Of a stretch of DNA of 64,000 nucleotides, positions 58,991 to 64,000 are shown piece after piece. How positions within the stretch are numbered: position 1 is the stretch's first letter; each line of letters starts with the position of its first letter. Below the pieces are notes generated by a model. That model was not told where the DNA came from. It saw only the letters and a program-made list of their open reading frames with translations, and made no database searches. Made by a program: the position numbers and the translations under genes. The stretch spans positions 227-64,226 of the forward strand of contig NYZP01000030.1 in assembly GCA_002687175.1 (NCBI GenBank). The letters are read 5' to 3'. This stretch comes from Parcubacteria group bacterium. Its GTDB lineage: Bacteria > Patescibacteriota > Patescibacteriia > Buchananbacterales > UBA6539.

Positions 58991-59388
58991 GTGCTATGAT
59001 ACGACTTGATACACTGTATAAGGAGAGGCTTTTTGTTGCTGAGTGGATGTTGCTCTACACTTTGTCATTAATAATAGCTCTTTCAGTTCTCTTTATAAAT
59101 ACAGAAAATTTATTTTTTCAGATGGTTGTGCTTATTTTTCCTGCCGTTATTTCTTTAGCCTTGTTTATTATAAACTACCTAGATAAGCTTGCTTGGAGCA
59201 GAGAAAGTGTTACTTTGGAACCCAACCAAAGATTATTTGATGCTATAGGCAAAAAAAGATTTTACCTCAAGAGAAACATTAAATATCTAAAAAAATCTAC
59301 CAAAAGATACCGTACAGAGGATGAATTAACAGATGAATTACAAAAAATTCATTCCGATATTTTAAATAAAAGAAAAAGCCAATCTTAG
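58963..59388 (+). CDS. DUF4239-like membrane protein, C-terminal part (2 TM)
   Basis: 141 aa; overlaps upstream ORF by 28 nt in a different frame. Confidence 0.45.
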   Translation: MLGMHNRTVSAMIRLDTLYKERLFVAEWMLLYTLSLIIALSVLFINTENLFFQMVVLIFPAVISLALFIINYLDKLAWSRESVTLEPNQRLFDAIGKKRFYLKRNIKYLKKSTKRYRTEDELTDELQKIHSDILNKRKSQS

Positions 59389-59403
59389 CTCTTCTGGTCC
59401 AGT

Positions 59404-59477
59404 GGAGCGTCTCTTAAACAAATGGTCGGGCCGAGCCTGTGCTGAACTTGTTTCAGTAAATCCCTCACGCTCCACCA
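59404..59477 (+). other. degenerate tRNA-Lys-like element with intact 7-bp acceptor stem, discriminator A and CCA; 3' 19 nt near-identical to tRNA-Lys 3' end
   Basis: GGAGCGU...ACGCUCC-A-CCA; shares GCUGAA and AAUCCCUCACGC(C/U)CCACCA with tRNA-Lys; D, anticodon and T arms do not fold canonically. Confidence 0.6.
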
Positions 59478-59488
59478 CTTTAAAAACT

Positions 59489-59514
59489 AGTCGTTAAAAT
59501 CGGCTATTTTTTTT
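59489..59514 (+). terminator. intrinsic terminator
   Basis: AGUCG-UUAAAAU-CGGCU plus U8. Confidence 0.6.
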
Positions 59515-59688
59515 AAATTTATTCATACTGTGATACAATGTAAAAACGTTGATAGACACTAATCAAATAAAATATGTGGACATTTCTCAAGAAATTCCAC
59601 AAGAGGAATATGATTGCCTGGTCTCAACCGGATATTACTCAAAACACTTCGGAGAGTGAAAATAATTAATAATTTAACTATTTAATCT

Positions 59689-60345
59689 ATGAAAAAACTT
59701 TTGATTTTTAGTTCATTAGGGTTACTGGCATTGGCTGGCTGCACTCAAAGTACTAATACTAATGTTAATACGGCCGTCAGTAATGAAAATACTAATCAGG
59801 CAGTGACTAATACCAACACTAACTCAACTAACACTAATACCAATACTACTATGACCGATGATTCAATAACCCAAGCTGTGCTCAAGACTAACCTTGGAAA
59901 TATAACCTTAGAATTTTATAGTGAAGATTCTCCCAAGACTGTTGAAAATTTTCTTAAGCTAGCTAAAGATGGCTTTTATGATGGCACTAAATTTCATCGA
60001 GTAATCAAAGATTTTATGATTCAAGGTGGTGATCCACTCAGTAAAGATGATGTAAATAAAGCCAGGTGGGGAACTGGTGGGCCAGGATATCAATTTGCCG
60101 ATGAGTTTAATAGTCATAAATTAGTAAAAGGATCATTGGCCATGGCTAACTCGGGACCAAATACTAATGGCAGCCAATTTTTTATTGTTACTGCTGACAG
60201 TACACCTTGGCTTGATGGAAAACACACCAATTTTGGTTGGGTTACCTCTGGCCTAGAAATAGTTGAGCAAATTCAAGCAACTGCTGTTGATCCTTCTGAT
60301 AAACCACTAGAAAATGTTATCATTGAATCAATAGAGTTAAAATAA
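59689..60345 (+). CDS. cyclophilin-type peptidyl-prolyl cis-trans isomerase, lipoprotein
   Basis: 218 aa; lipobox LALAGC, TN-rich linker, FHRVIKDFMIQGGD cyclophilin motif. Confidence 0.85.
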   Translation: MKKLLIFSSLGLLALAGCTQSTNTNVNTAVSNENTNQAVTNTNTNSTNTNTNTTMTDDSITQAVLKTNLGNITLEFYSEDSPKTVENFLKLAKDGFYDGTKFHRVIKDFMIQGGDPLSKDDVNKARWGTGGPGYQFADEFNSHKLVKGSLAMANSGPNTNGSQFFIVTADSTPWLDGKHTNFGWVTSGLEIVEQIQATAVDPSDKPLENVIIESIELK

Positions 60346-60375
60346 TCAAATTTCTTTGAAAGGAGATGAAAATAA

Positions 60376-60633
60376 ATGGGAAAACATAAAAAAGGTCCTC
60401 ACATGATAACTTTTTTACTACTACTTGTTGGCGGCATCAATTGGGGACTTCAAGGAGCTTTAAATTGGGATATCAGCCAACTTTTTGGTGGTATGGAAAA
60501 TATCGTATCACGAATTATTTTTGTCTTAATTGGCTTATCTGCTGTCTATGAAATCGCAACTCACAAGAAGAACTGTAAAAAATGTAACCCTAATGAGGGG
60601 ATGAAACCACTGGCACCATCTGCTGGAAATTAA
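60376..60633 (+). CDS. DUF378-family small membrane protein
   Basis: 85 aa; LLLVGGINWGLQG signature. Confidence 0.6.
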   Translation: MGKHKKGPHMITFLLLLVGGINWGLQGALNWDISQLFGGMENIVSRIIFVLIGLSAVYEIATHKKNCKKCNPNEGMKPLAPSAGN

Positions 60634-60737
60634 GCAACTTCATAATTTTTTATATTAAATAAAGTCACTGTTTTGGTGACTTTATTTATTTTTTTAAAAT
60701 AGTAATTTTGTCAATTTTTTGTTATAATATATAAACT

Positions 60738-63440
60738 ATGGAAAAAACTCTTTGGCATACTTTACCCATAACTAAAGTCTTTAGTAAGCTACACACTGAT
60801 AAATCAGGGTTGGATAATAACGACGTAAAAAAAAGATTAAAAAAATTTGGGTACAATAAATTACCTGAAGAAAAAGGACTTTCTACAGCCAGAATTATTC
60901 TGAGCCAATTTAAAAGTCCCTTAGTTTACATTTTAATTGGTGCTGCATTAATTTCTCTTGTTTTACAAGATTATGTTGATATGACCGTCATTTTACTGGC
61001 GGTTTTTTTAAATACTATTTTAGGATTTTATCAGGAGAATAAAGCTAACAAAGCAATTAGTCACTTAAGAAAATTAATAGATCGAAAAGCTAAGGTTTTG
61101 AGAAATAATAATGCTGTTGAGGCTAGTGCCAAAACATTGGTTCCTGGTGACGTTATAATTCTAGAGGCTGGTGATAAAATTTCGGCTGATGCTAGACTAA
61201 TATCTTTTGATAATTTTCAAGTAATTGAAGCATCTTTAACTGGTGAATCAGTACCATCTGAAAAAAAACTAAAGTTATTAGATAAAGGAGCAGTATTAGC
61301 TGATCGTGAAAATATGGTTTTCAGTGGCACTGTAGTAGCGACCGGTAGAGCTAAAGCTATAGTTTGTGAAACTGGCATTAATACTGAGTTAGGGCAAATA
61401 ACTAAGCTAGTTAAAGACACTAATGAAGAAAATACCCCGTTACAAAATCAATTAGCAGCCCTGAGCAGATTTTTATCATTTATTGTTCTAGGAGTCGCCG
61501 TACTAATAATTATTGTCGGAAAATTGCAAGGCCGTACAATTTTTGGTTTTGGCCATCAAGCTCGTGAAGGTATGTTGAATACGGCAGCTGCGGTTGCGGT
61601 AGCAGCCATCCCCGAAGGCTTACTGATCGCTGTTACTGCTATTCTGGCCATTGGGATGCAAGCTATCCTAAAACGAAAAGCGTTGGTTCGTAAATTAGTA
61701 GCGGCAGAAACCTTAGGTAGTATATCGATTATATGTACTGACAAAACTGGTACATTGACTGAGGGAAAAATGCAAGTTTCCAGAATAATAAGTTTAGGTG
61801 AAGAAATTTCATTAAAAAAATCATTTCAATACCACGACACAACTCAACTGAAAGACCACGATTTAATGATTAAAATTTCTTTACTTTGTAATAATGCCGT
61901 TATTGAGAATCCTGACGAAGAATTAGAAAAAAGAAAAATACTGGGCAGTCCCACTGAAAGTGCGTTGTTAGTTGGTGCTATTCAGGCTGGTATTCCATAT
62001 AAATCTATCGAGAAAAGACAAGCACGTATTGCTGAAATTCCCTTTGATTCAGCAACTAAGTATATGGCCACTTTAAATAAATTAGATACCAAAAAAAATG
62101 TTATCTATATTAAAGGGGCTCCAGAAAAAATTATTTCTATGTCATCAAAAGTCAGAATAAACGGCAAGACTGAAAAGTTAACAGAAGGCAAAATAAAGTC
62201 ATTAAAACAAAAATATGAAAAGTTGACCAATCAAGGTTTAAGAGTTTTAGCCTTTGGCTATCGACAGGTACCTAATGACAATAAACTAGTGCTCAAGGAT
62301 GAGTTACATGACACAATTTTTATTGGATTTATTGCCCTACAAGACCCTCTTCGGGTTGAAACTAAGGAAACATTCAAATTAACTAAAATAGCAGGCATTA
62401 GACCAATCATTATTACTGGTGACCACAAATTAACGGCCAAAGCTGTAGTAGCAGAGCTTGGTCTAAAAATTGAAGAAAAAAATATTTTAGAAGGTAGTGA
62501 CCTTGATAAGATGAGTGACGAAAAACTAGCTAAAAAAGTCAGGAGTATTGACATCTATGCCAGAGTAGAGCCAAAACATAAACTGCGTATTATTGACGCC
62601 TGGCAAAAAAAAGGTGAGGTAGTGGCGATGACTGGTGATGGAGTTAACGATGCTCCAGCCATTAAAGCAGCTGATGTAGGTATTGCCCTAGGTTCAGGGA
62701 CTGATGTCGCTAAAGAAACTTCCGATATAATTTTACTGGACAATAATTTTAAAACAATCGTTGCCGCTATTGAACGTGGACGAGTTATTTTTGATAACAT
62801 TAAAAAAAATGTTCTGTATCTATTATCCGACAGTTTTTCAGAGATAATTTTAATTATCGGTGCTTTATTGTTAGCTTTGCCGTTACCAATTTTACCGGCT
62901 CAAATTATTTGGATTAATTTAATTGCTGACGGCTTACCAAGTTTAGCTCTTACTCAAGAAAAAGGTGAAAAGGAAGTAATGTTAGATAAACCACGCAAAA
63001 AATCAACAAAAATATTGGATGGCGAAATGAAAACATTGATATTTATTATCGGTATCGTTACTGATATAGTTTTACTAACTTTATTTTATTTGTTAGTTAA
63101 TCAAAATAATTTTGATATTACACGTATTAGAACAATTATTTTTGCCGCGATTGGAATTGATTCTTTGCTTTATGTTTTTTCCTGCCGGAGCTTACGTCAC
63201 ACCATTTTCCAAATGAATCCATTTTCAAACTTATATTTAATTGGCGCCGTAGCCATAGGACTCATTTTACAATTCCTGGCAATCTATTTACCTGTTCTAC
63301 AAAAAGCTCTTGAAACTATTCCTTTAGGACCAACCGATTGGCTGATTGTGGCCGTATTAGCAATAATTAAAATCATTGCTATTGAATTTGGAAAATATTA
63401 CTTTATTATCAAAAAATCTAAAGTCCAAGTTCATGTCTAA
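60738..63440 (+). CDS. P-type ATPase, Ca2+-type (P2A/P2B-like cation transporter)
   Basis: 900 aa; ICTDKTGTLT phosphorylation site, TGDGVNDAPA hinge, PEGL in M4, 10 TM. Confidence 0.9.
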   Translation: MEKTLWHTLPITKVFSKLHTDKSGLDNNDVKKRLKKFGYNKLPEEKGLSTARIILSQFKSPLVYILIGAALISLVLQDYVDMTVILLAVFLNTILGFYQENKANKAISHLRKLIDRKAKVLRNNNAVEASAKTLVPGDVIILEAGDKISADARLISFDNFQVIEASLTGESVPSEKKLKLLDKGAVLADRENMVFSGTVVATGRAKAIVCETGINTELGQITKLVKDTNEENTPLQNQLAALSRFLSFIVLGVAVLIIIVGKLQGRTIFGFGHQAREGMLNTAAAVAVAAIPEGLLIAVTAILAIGMQAILKRKALVRKLVAAETLGSISIICTDKTGTLTEGKMQVSRIISLGEEISLKKSFQYHDTTQLKDHDLMIKISLLCNNAVIENPDEELEKRKILGSPTESALLVGAIQAGIPYKSIEKRQARIAEIPFDSATKYMATLNKLDTKKNVIYIKGAPEKIISMSSKVRINGKTEKLTEGKIKSLKQKYEKLTNQGLRVLAFGYRQVPNDNKLVLKDELHDTIFIGFIALQDPLRVETKETFKLTKIAGIRPIIITGDHKLTAKAVVAELGLKIEEKNILEGSDLDKMSDEKLAKKVRSIDIYARVEPKHKLRIIDAWQKKGEVVAMTGDGVNDAPAIKAADVGIALGSGTDVAKETSDIILLDNNFKTIVAAIERGRVIFDNIKKNVLYLLSDSFSEIILIIGALLLALPLPILPAQIIWINLIADGLPSLALTQEKGEKEVMLDKPRKKSTKILDGEMKTLIFIIGIVTDIVLLTLFYLLVNQNNFDITRIRTIIFAAIGIDSLLYVFSCRSLRHTIFQMNPFSNLYLIGAVAIGLILQFLAIYLPVLQKALETIPLGPTDWLIVAVLAIIKIIAIEFGKYYFIIKKSKVQVHV

Positions 63441-64000
63441 TTCTTTAGTCTATAAATATTTAATTCTAAATGATGATGAAAATGTAATTAAAATAGTTAG
63501 ACAGCGTTCGCTACAGCTCTTTCAATCAATAATTATTCCGATCATTCTTATAATTTTACCTTTTTTCTTTCTTTATCCTTTATTTAACTGGGGTAATAAA
63601 GGTATTATTCTTTTTTCTAGCTTAGTTTTTATTGGATTAATTTGGTTAATTAGAAATGTAGTAATCTGGTATCTTCAAATTTTTATAATTACCGATAAAC
63701 GTGTAGTTGATATTGATCAAAAAGGAATGTTTCGTAAAACTGTTTCCGATATACCACTGACAAAAGTGGGTGATGTTTTTTATCAAGTCAATGGGATTTG
63801 GCAAACTATATTTAGAATAGGTAATATTTATCTAGTATTAACCGATAGTAAAACTAAAATTGAAATTAAAAATATTGCTCAACCTAGTAAAACCCAACAG
63901 CTTGTTCTTCAGCTAAAGGATGATTTTTTAAAGCAAGCAAAAGATACAAGCTCACTTTCCACAAAAGATCTAATTGAATTAATTGAAAAAATAAAGTTAA
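63433..64000 (+). CDS. bPH_2/YdbT-like membrane protein, 3' partial (runs off window)
   Basis: ATG overlaps ATPase stop by 8 nt; open to window end; two N-terminal TM then PH-like region. Confidence 0.5.
   Translation, partial: MSNSLVYKYLILNDDENVIKIVRQRSLQLFQSIIIPIILIILPFFFLYPLFNWGNKGIILFSSLVFIGLIWLIRNVVIWYLQIFIITDKRVVDIDQKGMFRKTVSDIPLTKVGDVFYQVNGIWQTIFRIGNIYLVLTDSKTKIEIKNIAQPSKTQQLVLQLKDDFLKQAKDTSSLSTKDLIELIEKIKL

Overview
This is an AT-rich (about 35% GC by eye) bacterial chromosomal segment with tightly packed, mostly plus-strand genes. Gene content includes PduL plus AckA, DUF4012, a MacB/FtsX-type ABC system, many small hypothetical membrane proteins and AT-rich codon usage. That content is consistent with a small-genome Patescibacteria/CPR-like organism; this is an inference, not a proven assignment. 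Housekeeping genes: greA, typA, rplY, dnaX, recR, dnaB, rplU, lepA, murJ, recJ, rnhA, tgt, ackA, corA and a Ca-type P-type ATPase. There is a cell-envelope polysaccharide locus (polyprenyl-phosphate sugar transferase, three GT4 glycosyltransferases, a DUF4012 protein and a large secreted protein). There is also a two-component pair with a tandem double-core histidine kinase. RNA genes stand out as GC-rich islands. (1) A type-A RNase P RNA (rnpB) lies on the minus strand, and its P3 stem-loop carries a complete small GIY-YIG nuclease ORF. (2) tRNA-Gln(CUG) is embedded in a cluster of partial copies of its own 5' half and enclosed by a long-range inverted repeat. (3) tRNA-Lys(UUU) is followed, about 1 kb downstream, by a degenerate tRNA-like copy that retains a compensated acceptor stem and CCA. 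(4) Two unassigned ncRNA candidates each have their own promoter and terminator (about 385 nt upstream of dnaX, about 200 nt after a DHFR-like gene). Other oddities: a secreted metzincin-like gene interrupted by an in-frame TAG and carrying a mutated zinc motif, a GC-elevated two-gene cassette, a GC-rich hairpin pair inserted in-frame in tgt, and a long inverted repeat occluding the murJ start. No CRISPR array, rRNA gene or recognisable transposase/integrase was seen.
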